A stretch of 64,000 bases of DNA from Parvularculaceae bacterium (GCA_965263375.1 OZ253669.1:1038282-1102281); one strand, 5' to 3'; counted from the stretch's first letter, positions 25,085 to 35,196 are shown. The notes: generated by a model not told the origin, from the sequence alone. Translations and numbers: made by a program.

Positions 25085-25861
25085 ATGACGCAATTTGAAA
25101 CGATAAAAGTTACGACTGAGGGTCGTGTGGCGACGGTAACGCTGAGCCGTCCGGATGCTCTAAATGCGCTCAACAGCAAAGTTATGAGCGAAGTCGTTAC
25201 CGCCTTCGAACAGATCGATCTTGATGCGTCGATAGCGGTCAGCATTTTAACTGGCGAAGGCAAAGCTTTTGCTGCTGGCGCTGACATTAAAGAAATGCAG
25301 CCGCAGTCTTTTACAGATATGTATGTAAATGACTTTTTTGCGGGATGGGATCGATTTGCAGCTTGCCGCAAGCCTGTTATAGCGGCGGTCAATGGCTTTG
25401 CGCTTGGAGGCGGGTGTGAGCTTGCCATGATGTGTGATCTCATCATTGCTTCTGAAAAAGCAAAATTCGGTCAGCCTGAAATTAGACTTGGCGTGACACC
25501 GGGAATGGGTGGATCGATCCGCCTCACCAAAGCGGTCGGGAAGGCGCGTGCTATGGATATGGTGCTGACCGGGCGGATGATTGATGCTGAGGAGGCTGAT
25601 AAAATTGGTCTGATCAGTCGCGTGGCCCCCCATGAGCAATTGCTGGAAACAGCACAAGAGATTGCTAACACGATTGCAGGATATTCCATTCCTGCAATTA
25701 TGGCTGCAAAGGAAATGGTGGCAAGGTCGTTGGAGCTTTCAACAAGTGAAGGCGTCCGCTTTGAACGTCGTCTATTTCATGGGCTGTTTGGGACGCAAGA
25801 TCAAAAAGAAGGTATGAAGGCGTTTGTCGAAAAGCGTGAACCAAACTTTAAGGATGAATAA
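25085..25861 (+). CDS. enoyl-CoA hydratase (crotonase family)
   Basis: 258 aa. RPDALNALN, AFAAGADIKEM, AAVNGFALGGGCELAMMCD. Confidence 0.9.
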   Translation: MTQFETIKVTTEGRVATVTLSRPDALNALNSKVMSEVVTAFEQIDLDASIAVSILTGEGKAFAAGADIKEMQPQSFTDMYVNDFFAGWDRFAACRKPVIAAVNGFALGGGCELAMMCDLIIASEKAKFGQPEIRLGVTPGMGGSIRLTKAVGKARAMDMVLTGRMIDAEEADKIGLISRVAPHEQLLETAQEIANTIAGYSIPAIMAAKEMVARSLELSTSEGVRFERRLFHGLFGTQDQKEGMKAFVEKREPNFKDE

Positions 25862-26997
25862 TGCGGCTTTCTGATGAACAGCAGATGATTGTCGATATGG
25901 CCGAGACTTTCTCGCGCGATCAATTACGTCCCCATGCTGAGCGATGGGATCGCGAGAAAATGCTGGATCGCAATGTCTTAAAGGCCATGGCTGAGCTGGG
26001 ATTTGGCGGGATCTATACCCAAGAAGAACACGGCGGATCAGGCCTATCGCGGCTTGATTCTGTCCTCATATTTGAGCAGTTGTCAAAAGGGTGCATCAGT
26101 CATGCATCCTTTTTGTCTATCCACAACATGGTGACATGGATGGTTGATCGCTTTGGGGACAATGCACTGCGCGCTAAATATATCCCCAAATTAACCGCTG
26201 CTGATATGATCGGATCATATTGCTTAACCGAACCTGGGGCGGGGTCTGATGCTGCGAGTTTGAAAACAAGTGCGAAGGCTGATGGTAATTCTCATTATGT
26301 TTTAAATGGCGCCAAAGTATTTATCTCTGGCGGCGGGTTTTCTGATGTGTACCTTGTTATGGCGCGTACCTCAGATGATGGCGCCCGCGGCGTTTCAGCA
26401 TTTCTTGTCGACAATGGAACACCTGGACTTTCATTCGGCAAGAATGAAGAAAAGATGGGCTGGCGCGCGCAGCCAACCGCTATGGTGAATTTCGACGATT
26501 GCCGCATTCCTGCAGAAAATAAGATTGGGCCAGAAGGGGAGGGGTTTAAGTTTGCGATGGCCGGTTTAGATGGCGGGCGGCTAAATATTGCGGCTTGTGC
26601 GCTTGGCGGTGCGCAAGATGCGCTTGATCGTGCGCTGACATATTCCAAAGAGCGCCAACAGTTTGGTCGGGCGATTGCAGATTTTCAGGTAACCCAATTT
26701 AAGCTTGCTGATATGGAAATAGAGTTGCTTGCCGCGCGCGCTTTGCTTCATCAAGCTGCTGAGAAACTAGATGAAAAAGAGCCTGAAGCGACGAAATTCT
26801 GTGCTGCGGCCAAGCGCTTTGTTACGGATACGGCCTTTAAAGTCGCTAATGACGCGTTGCAGATCCATGGCGGCTATGGATATTTAGCTGATTATGAAGT
26901 CGAACGCATTGTTCGTGATCTTAGGGTGCATCAAATTCTTGAAGGCACAAATGAAATTATGCGCCTTATTGTTGGGCGCGAACTATTGAAAGGCTAA
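25861..26997 (+). CDS. acyl-CoA dehydrogenase (isobutyryl-CoA dehydrogenase by context)
   Basis: 378 aa. CLTEPGAGSDA..., QIHGGYGY...ERI.RD.R...I.EGTNEI. The start overlaps the previous stop (TAATG). Confidence 0.88.
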   Translation: MRLSDEQQMIVDMAETFSRDQLRPHAERWDREKMLDRNVLKAMAELGFGGIYTQEEHGGSGLSRLDSVLIFEQLSKGCISHASFLSIHNMVTWMVDRFGDNALRAKYIPKLTAADMIGSYCLTEPGAGSDAASLKTSAKADGNSHYVLNGAKVFISGGGFSDVYLVMARTSDDGARGVSAFLVDNGTPGLSFGKNEEKMGWRAQPTAMVNFDDCRIPAENKIGPEGEGFKFAMAGLDGGRLNIAACALGGAQDALDRALTYSKERQQFGRAIADFQVTQFKLADMEIELLAARALLHQAAEKLDEKEPEATKFCAAAKRFVTDTAFKVANDALQIHGGYGYLADYEVERIVRDLRVHQILEGTNEIMRLIVGRELLKG

Positions 26998-27002
26998 CTG
27001 GG

Positions 27003-28070
27003 GTGAGTGACGATATCGTTGTTGAAAAAACGGGCGCATGGGGCGTTATTACGTTAAACCGCCCAAAAGCGCTAAACGCGTTAAACTGGGATATGGTGAA
27101 GGTATTCCTGTCCACGCTAACCGCTTGGGACCAAGACGATACAGTCAAGGCCGTATTGGTCAAAGGCGCTGGCGAAAAAGCTTTCTGTGCTGGCGGTGAT
27201 ATTCGTTGGTTGTGTGATGCAGCTAAGGACGATCCGGCGACCGCGTGCCGCTTTTTTTATGATGAGTATAGCAACAACGCGAAGATATATCACTTCACTA
27301 AGCCTTATGTCGCTCTAATCGATGGGATTGTGATGGGCGGCGGCGTTGGGGTTTCCGTGCACGGTGATTACCGTGTCGCCGGTGATAAAACTATGTTCGC
27401 CATGCCAGAAACTGGTATCGGTCTGTTCCCAGACGTTGGCGGCGGACATTTCATGTCTCGTCTTGCTGGCGGCTTGGGGCTGTATTTGGCTTTAACCGGA
27501 CAACGGATGAAGGCGGCTGATTGCGTTTATTCCGGAGTTGCGACGCATTATACGCCCTCCGATAAGCATGCAGAACTTGAACAGGCCTTGCTAGGAGAAA
27601 TTTTTTTTGGGGGGTTATCTGCAAACGAAACGGTTGCTGCGGTGTTGGATAAGTTTTCGCAAACTCCTGTCGACCCTGCGCCGCTTTCAAAAAATTCTGA
27701 TGAGATTGATCGTTTCTTTGTTGGACAAGAAACTTATCTTGATCTTTTAAGCGCGCTTAAAGAAGATGGCGGAGCATTTTCTGAAGGTACAATTTCTGTG
27801 CTGAATAAAATGTCTCCTACTTCATTGCTTTTAACCTTTGAGCAGATGAAGCGCGCAGCATCTTTGGACTTTGATGATGTGATGAAGATGGAATACCGCA
27901 TGGTTAGCCGCGTTATGGAGGGGCATGACTTTATTGAAGGCGTGCGTGCACTGATTATTGATAAGGACGGCGCTCCCCAATGGCTTCCAAATACGGTTGA
28001 TGATGTAAACAGCCAGGATATCGAAGCTTATTTCGCAGACCTTGGCGACAAAGAATTACGCTTATCCTAA
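27003..28070 (+). CDS. 3-hydroxyisobutyryl-CoA hydrolase (ECH_2 family)
   Basis: 355 aa. LNRPKALNALN, FCAGGDIR, VALIDGIVMGGGVGVS, and the long C-terminal extension typical of HIBYL-CoA hydrolases. Confidence 0.85.
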   Translation: MSDDIVVEKTGAWGVITLNRPKALNALNWDMVKVFLSTLTAWDQDDTVKAVLVKGAGEKAFCAGGDIRWLCDAAKDDPATACRFFYDEYSNNAKIYHFTKPYVALIDGIVMGGGVGVSVHGDYRVAGDKTMFAMPETGIGLFPDVGGGHFMSRLAGGLGLYLALTGQRMKAADCVYSGVATHYTPSDKHAELEQALLGEIFFGGLSANETVAAVLDKFSQTPVDPAPLSKNSDEIDRFFVGQETYLDLLSALKEDGGAFSEGTISVLNKMSPTSLLLTFEQMKRAASLDFDDVMKMEYRMVSRVMEGHDFIEGVRALIIDKDGAPQWLPNTVDDVNSQDIEAYFADLGDKELRLS

Positions 28071-28094
28071 AAACATAATTAGAAGGCGATAGTA

Positions 28095-28982
28095 ATGAAA
28101 ATTGGTTTTATCGGTCTTGGGAATATGGGCGGCCCTATGGCGGCCAATTTGGCGAAGGCCGGGCATGACGTTGTTGCGATGGATTTGTCGGCTGAAGCCG
28201 TGGCGCGCGCTGTGGATGCTGGATGCTTGCATGGAGAGACAATCGCGGCCGTTGCTGAAGGGGCTGAGGTCATTGTAACGATGTTGCCAGCTGGCGCCCA
28301 TGTTCGCTCGGTATATATGGGTGATGATGGCATTATGGCTCATGCTCCAAAGGGGGCATTACTGATCGATTCATCAACCATTGATGTTGAAACCGCAAGA
28401 CAAGTCATCGCGGCCGCGAGCGAACGAGGTTTCCAGATGGTGGACGCTCCGGTTTCGGGCGGGGTTGCTGCGGCTAGCGCGGGAACGCTTACCTTTATGG
28501 TCGGCGGTGCGGAAGGCGCCTATCAACATGCTAAGCTCGTTCTTGAGGTTATGGGGCAAAACATTTTCCATGCCGGCGCTGCGGGCAATGGCCAGGTTGC
28601 AAAAATTTGCAACAACATGTTGCTCGGCATATCAATGATTGCGACAAGTGAAGCGTTTAACCTAGCGGAAAAACTTGGACTGGACGCCCAGACATTCTTT
28701 GATATCTCCTCGACGGCGTCTGGCCAGTGTTGGTCGATGACACAATATTGTCCGGCCCCGGGGCCGGTGGCGAAAGCACCGTCTAATAATGATTATCGTC
28801 CGGGCTTTGCTGTTGGGATGATGTTAAAAGATATGCGTCTGGCTCAAGATGCCGCGCATAAGGCGAAAGCGTCGACCCCCCTTGGCGCACAATCAGAAGC
28901 CTTATACGCGTTAATGGAATCAGCAGGAAAAGCGGATCTAGACTTCTCTGCTGTCATGAAACTACTTCGCGGCGACCTTTAG
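28095..28982 (+). CDS. mmsB: 3-hydroxyisobutyrate dehydrogenase
   Basis: 295 aa. MKIGFIGLGNMGGPMAANL..., DAPVSGG...A..GTLTFMVGG, KICNN. Confidence 0.9.
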   Translation: MKIGFIGLGNMGGPMAANLAKAGHDVVAMDLSAEAVARAVDAGCLHGETIAAVAEGAEVIVTMLPAGAHVRSVYMGDDGIMAHAPKGALLIDSSTIDVETARQVIAAASERGFQMVDAPVSGGVAAASAGTLTFMVGGAEGAYQHAKLVLEVMGQNIFHAGAAGNGQVAKICNNMLLGISMIATSEAFNLAEKLGLDAQTFFDISSTASGQCWSMTQYCPAPGPVAKAPSNNDYRPGFAVGMMLKDMRLAQDAAHKAKASTPLGAQSEALYALMESAGKADLDFSAVMKLLRGDL

Positions 28983-29007
28983 TTTTCGAAAATAGATAGT
29001 TGGGGCA

Positions 29008-29424
29008 TTATCCGGCTTTTAGCCTGGAAAATTCTTCGCGCGTTTGCTCTTCTTTTTTCTGGGCAAGCGCTTTTTCTTCTTTCTGCTTTTTTTCTTCAAG
29101 ACCTTCCCAAGCCTGCATCGCACGGAGAGCGTCTTGCAGGGCTGCACGGCGCTCAGCAAGCAGCTCGTTTAGGCCTGTTGCAGCTTCGCGAGCTTCATCA
29201 GCTTTGTGGGCGCGAAACACCATATGATTTTGAAAAGCGTGAAGGTCGCCGCCTGTCAACGGTTCTTCTTGCTCAAGGCTCATCGATAGCGCCGCGGTTT
29301 TATGGGCCTCAGCGCGGTCAAGGTGCGCTTGCTGGGCCAATTGCGCTTGCTTATAGCTTTGTTCTTCGCGGCGCTTACGGCTTTCAACAAGGTCTTTTAA
29401 TTGCTTAATTGTCTTGAGATTCAT
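29008..29424 (-). CDS. fliJ: flagellar export protein FliJ-like (coiled coil)
   Basis: I prefer the ATG at 29424 (MNLKTIKQLKDLVE...). 138 aa, all-helical and charged, immediately downstream of flhB (20-nt overlap). The assignment rests on context and composition. Confidence 0.5.
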   Translation of the reverse strand: MNLKTIKQLKDLVESRKRREEQSYKQAQLAQQAHLDRAEAHKTAALSMSLEQEEPLTGGDLHAFQNHMVFRAHKADEAREAATGLNELLAERRAALQDALRAMQAWEGLEEKKQKEEKALAQKKEEQTREEFSRLKAG

Positions 29425-30514
29425 TGCTATAGCCTTTTGTTGCTTTCTTGCGGACTTCATCCGCATAGTGAATGGCGGCGGCGACGGCGGCAAAATGCTC
29501 GCGTTGTATTTCTTCTCCGATTTCAACTAGGGCGTAGATTGACCGCGCCGTTGGCGGATCACGAGAAATTGGAACGCCTGCTTCTGATGCAACTTCACGG
29601 ATGCGGGCGGCGACCTCGTCGACACCTTTCGCGATACAGACTGGCGCGCCTGGCGCATCTTGGCTCCATTTAAGGGCGACCGCATAGTGTGTTGGGTTGA
29701 CGATCACAACATTTGCGTCAGGAACATCAGAGAGCATACGGTTGGTGGCAATTTCTTGCGCCCGTTTTTTACGCTCATTTTTCATGAACGGGTCGCCTTC
29801 GGTTTCTTTGTTTTCTTTTTTCAATTCTTCAAAACTCATGCGCAATTTTTTTTCGTGCATGAATTTTTTCCAAGGAAAGTCAGCCGCAGCGACCGCGACA
29901 GCGGCGGCGGTCGTTAAGCCTAAGAAGAAGACGGCTTCGCGATACATTGTCGGTCCGAAAGCCTGCACAGGCAAAGCCGCAAGAAATGGGAGCTCTAAAA
30001 AGCGGTCCTTAAAGGCAAAAAGTAAAATACATATGGTGACGCTCATCTTCGTCATGCTTTTGACGAATTCGCCAAGCCCATTGGGGCCATATTTGTTCTT
30101 TGCGTTATCGATGATGGATAGGCGGTTAAGCTTTGGCTTTATCTTTGTTGGGGCAAAGACAACAGCACGCTGTGCGACAAGCGATAATATCGTGGCGATG
30201 GCAAGCGGCGCGAAAATCGGTGTGACGGCAACGAACAGCTTCACTAATAACGATAACATAAATTGTCTGCCATTAGATGACATCAGTTCAGCGGCGATCA
30301 CGTCGGGGTGGGCGAAAAAGCTAAGAAGAATACTGCCGATATTGGTTGCGACCATTCCCCCAGCGATGATGATGGCAAGATATAATGCGCCGTATGTGGC
30401 GGCCGTTGTAATTTCTGTGGAGTAAGCAACGTCCCCTTGTTCGCGTGATTTTTCCAGCTTTCGCTGGGTGGGGGCGTGTGATTTATCCTGACTGTCGCCG
30501 CCTTCTCCGCTCAT
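29405..30514 (-). CDS. flhB: flagellar biosynthesis protein FlhB
   Basis: 369 aa. N-terminal KSHAPTQRKLEKSREQGDVAYS, 4 TM, NPTHYAVAL autocleavage motif. Confidence 0.93.
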   Translation of the reverse strand: MSGEGGDSQDKSHAPTQRKLEKSREQGDVAYSTEITTAATYGALYLAIIIAGGMVATNIGSILLSFFAHPDVIAAELMSSNGRQFMLSLLVKLFVAVTPIFAPLAIATILSLVAQRAVVFAPTKIKPKLNRLSIIDNAKNKYGPNGLGEFVKSMTKMSVTICILLFAFKDRFLELPFLAALPVQAFGPTMYREAVFFLGLTTAAAVAVAAADFPWKKFMHEKKLRMSFEELKKENKETEGDPFMKNERKKRAQEIATNRMLSDVPDANVVIVNPTHYAVALKWSQDAPGAPVCIAKGVDEVAARIREVASEAGVPISRDPPTARSIYALVEIGEEIQREHFAAVAAAIHYADEVRKKATKGYSNESQDN

Positions 30515-31296
30515 AGGGCGCCGCCGATCAAGTTTTGCATAATTTGATCAAGGAGCGCTGACCATGTTCCCAAAAGAACGGGTGCTGATAGAGCTAACAA
30601 AACCATGCCTGCCAATGAAACAGCCGGGGCCCCGATAAGGGCGACCATCAATTGCGGCATGGCGCGGTTAACGGCGCCGATCGCAAGGTTATAGATAAAG
30701 CCCAGCAGCACAAACGGCAAGGCGAGCGCTAAGGCCGCAGCGAATGAAAAAGCGGCGCGTTCCGCCGCCCATCCGCCGGTTTCAACACCGCCAGGAAAGA
30801 CGCCAAAGGGCATAATGATAAAGGATACTGCAAGGGCGCGAACCGCTTCAAAATGAAGGCCCAAAATGACTGCGATTGTCATCCCTGTGACCACCAAAAT
30901 TGTGCCGATAGGTGGTTCTGGGGTTGTTTCGAGCCCACCAAATAGTTGTGATAATGACATTGCTTGTGCAGCAATGGAACCCGCCGTCTGTAGGATATAG
31001 ATTGCTATGCGGATGCTAAAACCTAAAATGGCCCCGGCGACAGCTTCTGCGGCTAACAAGGCGGTTAGGCCCGCTGTCGTTTGTGGCGCGGTTACATTTT
31101 GAGCGAGCACGATAGGGGTCACAATAAGCGCTATGCTCAGCGCTGCTGCTAGACGCGCTTGCGTAGGAACAAAGCGTTCGCCAATCCCGGGCAGGAAAAA
31201 TACAAGGGCTGAAATTCGTGTGAGTACGCCGAAAAAAACTGCTAAAGCCGAAGTGCTTAAGGTTGTTAACGGCGCTAATGTTTGGAGCATTTCCAT
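30511..31296 (-). CDS. fliR: flagellar biosynthetic protein FliR
   Basis: 261-aa polytopic membrane protein between flhA and flhB. 4-nt overlap with flhB. Confidence 0.85.
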   Translation of the reverse strand: MEMLQTLAPLTTLSTSALAVFFGVLTRISALVFFLPGIGERFVPTQARLAAALSIALIVTPIVLAQNVTAPQTTAGLTALLAAEAVAGAILGFSIRIAIYILQTAGSIAAQAMSLSQLFGGLETTPEPPIGTILVVTGMTIAVILGLHFEAVRALAVSFIIMPFGVFPGGVETGGWAAERAAFSFAAALALALPFVLLGFIYNLAIGAVNRAMPQLMVALIGAPAVSLAGMVLLALSAPVLLGTWSALLDQIMQNLIGGAL

Positions 31297-31305
31297 CGGC
31301 TGATC

Positions 31306-33399
31306 TTACGCAACGCCCAAGATGGCTGGTTGTTCTGTCGGGTCAATTTCCTCGTAAGAGATAACAGAGTTGCGAACGCCTTTGGCGCTTAAAACGGCGC
31401 TTAAAAACCGCCGCCTTTTTGTGCTGGTGACAATTGCTGGGAAGACGCCAGTTGAAATCGCTTGGGAGATTTTTTCTTTCACCGCAGAAGCAAGCCTATT
31501 GAACTCTGTAGGAGAAAGGGAAACGTCTGACGTGCCGCCTTCGCCTTCACGCTCATTTTCTTGGAATAATTGTTCCCATTCTGGTGAGAGTTGGATGAGG
31601 GGTAATTTGCCTTCTTCGTCACGCAATTTAGAAACAAATTGATAGCCAATCCGTTGGCGAACATACTCTGAAATTTGCTCTGGTGAGTTAAGAACTGAGC
31701 GACCTTCTGAGATAGCCTCTAAGATTACAGATAGATTGCGGATTGAAATCCGTTCCTGTAGCAGCAATCTAAAGACAGACTGAACCAACTCGTGGGGTGT
31801 TTTATCGTTGATAAATTCGTCCAATATTTTACGGTTGGCTGTTGATCGCGCTTGATCTGAGGTTGCAACAAACTCATCCAAAATACGTTGCAGTGCGCGC
31901 CGGGTCATCAGGCGTGCGAAATTCCCTTTAATGACTTCAAGTAAGTGGGTGGCGGCGACTTCCGTCGGTTCAATAATAGGCAGACCAAGGGCCGCAGCTT
32001 CTTCTTGGTGCTCCGCAGGAATCCAGCGCGCAGGGGCGCCGTAAACTGGTTCTTTAACATCTTTACCAGGAATATGTAACGGCATATCTTCGCGGGTGAG
32101 GACAAGCACGCCGTTCGGATCAAGGGTAGAACGCGCGACTTCAACCCCGTGAATACGGATTGAATATTCATTTAGTTGAAGGGCCGCATTATCCGTTAAC
32201 CGGATTGCGGGTACGATAAACCCAAATTCTGAAGCGACAAATTTTCGGATCTTTGTAATGCGGGTGTCTAAGCCAGCCTCTGCTTCCATCGCTATCGGAA
32301 CAAGGTCTTGGGCGAATTCAACATTAATCTCATCAAGATCTAGAATATCCCCAAGAGATTCTTCAACGTTTTGTTCCTCTTGGGTGGCCGTCCGTTCCTG
32401 GGCTTCTTTTTCTGCTTTTATTTGGTCCTGGCGTTGAAACGAGTAAAAAGCAAGAGCCCCAATGGCCAGTGCGCCAACCATAAACGGCAAAAACGGTAGA
32501 CCAGGAACAAGCGCGAAGATCGCAAGCATGCCGGCAACCGTGGAGAGCGCCGCAGGGTGATCGGTAAACTGATCGAGGATGGCTTTATCCGCTGACCCAG
32601 TCACGCCGCCTTTTGAAAGTAAAAGCGCAGCGGCGACTGAAATAATCACGGCTGGAATTTGTGATACCAATCCGTCGCCAACGGTTAGGATTGAATAGGT
32701 CTCAATCGCAGCGCCAAAAGACATATTGTGAACACCGATACCGATGGCGAGGCCCACAATAAGATTGAGTAGTGTGATCAATAGGCCCGCGACCGCATCG
32801 CCTTTCACAAATTTAGATGCGCCATCGAGGGAGCCGAAAAACGTTGTTTCTTCCTGTTCGACTTTGCGGCGTTCCTTGGCTTCTTCATGGCTGATGGCGC
32901 CAGCGGCGACGTCAGAGTCAATCGCAAGCTGTTTACCGGGCATGCCGTCCAAAGCGAAACGGGCGCCAACCTCCGCCATACGTCCCGCGCCTCTGGTGAT
33001 AACAAGGAAGTTAACGAGCAGTAAAACGATGAAAACGACCATGCCTAAAAATACATTGCCGCCCATGATAAAGCTGGCAAAACCGGCGATAACGCCGCCT
33101 GCGGCGTCGGGCCCTGTGTGACCATTGCCAATGATCAGCTTGGTCGAAGAAACGTTCAGCGACAACCGTAATAAAAGAGAGCCGAGAAGAACCGTCGGAA
33201 AGGAAGAAAAATCAAGCGGGCGCTCAATAAATAAAACGGTCGTAAAAATCAAAATCGCAATCGTGAATGAGGCTGTCAGGCCGATATCGACAACCCACGC
33301 AGGCGCAGGCAGAACCATCATAACAATCACCGCCATCAAAGCGATTGCCAGAAGAACCGTTGGTTGAAAAATATTTTTAGTATCAGCCTCTGGCATCAA
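31306..33399 (-). CDS. flhA: flagellar biosynthesis protein FlhA
   Basis: 697 aa. FTTVLFIERPLDFSSFPT.LL, RFALDGMPGKQLAIDSD, FFGSLDGASKFVKGDA and the C-terminal cytoplasmic domain. Confidence 0.95.
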   Translation of the reverse strand: MMPEADTKNIFQPTVLLAIALMAVIVMMVLPAPAWVVDIGLTASFTIAILIFTTVLFIERPLDFSSFPTVLLGSLLLRLSLNVSSTKLIIGNGHTGPDAAGGVIAGFASFIMGGNVFLGMVVFIVLLLVNFLVITRGAGRMAEVGARFALDGMPGKQLAIDSDVAAGAISHEEAKERRKVEQEETTFFGSLDGASKFVKGDAVAGLLITLLNLIVGLAIGIGVHNMSFGAAIETYSILTVGDGLVSQIPAVIISVAAALLLSKGGVTGSADKAILDQFTDHPAALSTVAGMLAIFALVPGLPFLPFMVGALAIGALAFYSFQRQDQIKAEKEAQERTATQEEQNVEESLGDILDLDEINVEFAQDLVPIAMEAEAGLDTRITKIRKFVASEFGFIVPAIRLTDNAALQLNEYSIRIHGVEVARSTLDPNGVLVLTREDMPLHIPGKDVKEPVYGAPARWIPAEHQEEAAALGLPIIEPTEVAATHLLEVIKGNFARLMTRRALQRILDEFVATSDQARSTANRKILDEFINDKTPHELVQSVFRLLLQERISIRNLSVILEAISEGRSVLNSPEQISEYVRQRIGYQFVSKLRDEEGKLPLIQLSPEWEQLFQENEREGEGGTSDVSLSPTEFNRLASAVKEKISQAISTGVFPAIVTSTKRRRFLSAVLSAKGVRNSVISYEEIDPTEQPAILGVA

Positions 33400-34151
33400 C
33401 GCCCCTCCGGAATAATTTTTGTAAAGGAGGATTGTTCAAACATAGGGCCGCGATCAGAAAAGATTGCAAGGGAGACTGCGGCGCGCGGTGCGGCGTCCTC
33501 AGCATTGTTACCTGTAAAGATGAGCGTTGCTTGCTCCGATAAATCGATTGCGCGCGCCGGTTCTTGCCCCGGATAGACGGTTGCAACTTGCGCGGCCGGA
33601 ACGTTTTCTTTTGTCGGCTTCTTCGCCAAGGCGGCGTGGGCGCGCATTACCTTTTTGCGATAGCGATCGCCTTTCACTTTTTTACGGGAGTGATAAGCGC
33701 CGATGGCTTTTTGCCAAGAACCCATTTGGCCATAGAGGTCTTTTAAAAAACGAGCCGCGTAATCAGCACTTATAGCCGGATCAAACATTGACGATGCATT
33801 CTTAAAAGCTTCGCCATGCCATTTTGTATTGATCTGGAAACAGCCAAGATCCATGGATTTTTTGCCCGCTTTTAGTTTTTGGTTAGCAAAGTTTTCGGCC
33901 GCGTCGCGGGTTTTAAACCAATGACCGCGGCCATCTAAGTTGATGGTCCACGGCCAGGCTTTCGCATCTTCAAGCTTTGTCTTGGTCGTTTCAACAATGG
34001 AGATTGCGGACAATACCCCAGCAGGCAAGCCATAGGTCTGCTCTGCGAAAGCCGCGGCTTTCGCACAGATGGCGGCGCCGTCATCAGCCCGTAAAGGAGA
34101 AGCCGCCAACAAAAAGGCGGTAAGAAGGATTATGCCGCAAGCGCGGATCAT
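33396..34151 (-). CDS. flagellar-cluster lytic transglycosylase (SLT domain)
   Basis: 251 aa with a signal peptide. LPAGVLSAISIVET...WPWTIN...GCFQIN.KWH...AIGAYHS are SLT-type motifs. 4-nt overlap with the flhA start. Confidence 0.8.
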   Translation of the reverse strand: MIRACGIILLTAFLLAASPLRADDGAAICAKAAAFAEQTYGLPAGVLSAISIVETTKTKLEDAKAWPWTINLDGRGHWFKTRDAAENFANQKLKAGKKSMDLGCFQINTKWHGEAFKNASSMFDPAISADYAARFLKDLYGQMGSWQKAIGAYHSRKKVKGDRYRKKVMRAHAALAKKPTKENVPAAQVATVYPGQEPARAIDLSEQATLIFTGNNAEDAAPRAAVSLAIFSDRGPMFEQSSFTKIIPEGR

Positions 34152-34154
34152 GGT

Positions 34155-34421
34155 TTAGTTCCCTGAAATAACGCTAATCACCCGTTGATCAAAAAGGGTC
34201 ACCATTGCGCGTGAAGCGGGACCCATAGACAGGATCAGGGCGAGGAGTATGCCGATTAATTTAGGGACGAATGTTAACGTTAATTCTTGAACAGAGGTTA
34301 ACGCTTGCAATAAACCGATGACAACACCGATAACCAATGCCGTCATTAAAGCAGGAGTGGCAATCCACACGCCTGCCCATAAAAACTCTCGCAAAAGGTC
34401 GATAACTTCTGTTTCACTCAT
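34155..34421 (-). CDS. fliQ: flagellar biosynthetic protein FliQ
   Basis: 88 aa, 2 TM. ...ALVIGVVIGLLQALTSVQELTLTFVPKL. Confidence 0.9.
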   Translation of the reverse strand: MSETEVIDLLREFLWAGVWIATPALMTALVIGVVIGLLQALTSVQELTLTFVPKLIGILLALILSMGPASRAMVTLFDQRVISVISGN

Positions 34422-34433
34422 GTAAATTCTTCT

Positions 34434-34748
34434 TTAGATCGGCATGCGTAGTAGTTCTTGATAGGCTTCTACGACGCGGTTGCGAAGGGTGACGGCTGTT
34501 TCTACGGCCACCTCAGCGGAAGCCAGCGCCTCCACCACGGAGTGGGGGTCCGCTTTACCCGCCATAAAGTCGGCTGATGCTTTTTCGCCGCCGGCGACCG
34601 CTTCACCCATTTGCTTGACCATTTTGGTCGCGGCTTCAAAACCGTCTTTGCTGCCGCCGTCTGCATTTGCGGGCGCTTTTGCTTCAGGGCGAAGGGTTTT
34701 TTGAGCGGTTCCGTAAGCTTGGGCGGCGTTAAATGCTTTAATATCCAT
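34434..34748 (-). CDS. fliE: flagellar hook-basal body complex protein FliE
   Basis: 104 aa. C-terminal ...AEVAVETAVTLRNRVVEAYQELLRMPI, adjacent to flgC. Confidence 0.8.
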   Translation of the reverse strand: MDIKAFNAAQAYGTAQKTLRPEAKAPANADGGSKDGFEAATKMVKQMGEAVAGGEKASADFMAGKADPHSVVEALASAEVAVETAVTLRNRVVEAYQELLRMPI

Positions 34749-34759
34749 TGTTCAATTCC

Positions 34760-35155
34760 TCACCGCTTTAATAGGTCGAGCAAGCTGGCGTACATTTGTT
34801 TGGCTTGTTTGAAGGTCGCAAGGTTTGCTTCATAAGACCGGCTTGCCTCGCGTCCATCAGCCATTTGCATCATTAGGTTTACATTTGATAGCTCGACATA
34901 GCCATTTTCATCGGCAAGCGGATGGGCGGGGTCATACTTATTTTCTAACGGTGTTTGTTGATCCAGCTCGATTTTACCGACTTGGACGCGGTTAGCGTCC
35001 GCGGAACGGTCGTAGACATTGTCGAATGTCAGTGTTTTGCCGCGATAACCTGGTGTGTCGGCGTTGGCGACATTTTCGCTGACGACGCGTAGGCGAAAAC
35101 TCTGCGCGTTCATGGCGCTGGTAGCCGCCGTCATCGCTTTTAAAAAAGAGTTCAC
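34760..35155 (-). CDS. flgC: flagellar basal-body rod protein FlgC
   Basis: 131 aa. RLRVVSENVANADTPGY and C-terminal YEANL..FKQAK.M. Confidence 0.9.
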   Translation of the reverse strand: MNSFLKAMTAATSAMNAQSFRLRVVSENVANADTPGYRGKTLTFDNVYDRSADANRVQVGKIELDQQTPLENKYDPAHPLADENGYVELSNVNLMMQMADGREASRSYEANLATFKQAKQMYASLLDLLKR

Positions 35156-35196
35156 CTTTATGTTCCTTTCCTAGCTCGCGCTGGCGAGCGTACGCG

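Noticed and set aside
29425-29526. Longer start for the FliJ-like ORF
   Set aside because: It would overlap flhB by about 120 nt. The internal ATG at 29424 gives a typical short overlap and a helical N-terminus.
29697-30425. 242-aa + strand ORF antisense to flhB. Similar long antisense ORFs lie at 59450-60118 (flgK), 54276-54782 (fliH-like), 50666-51079 (motE-like) and 46254-46682 (flgF).
   Set aside because: All are fully embedded opposite strongly supported flagellar genes. They give S/A/R-rich low-complexity translations and have no independent start signals.
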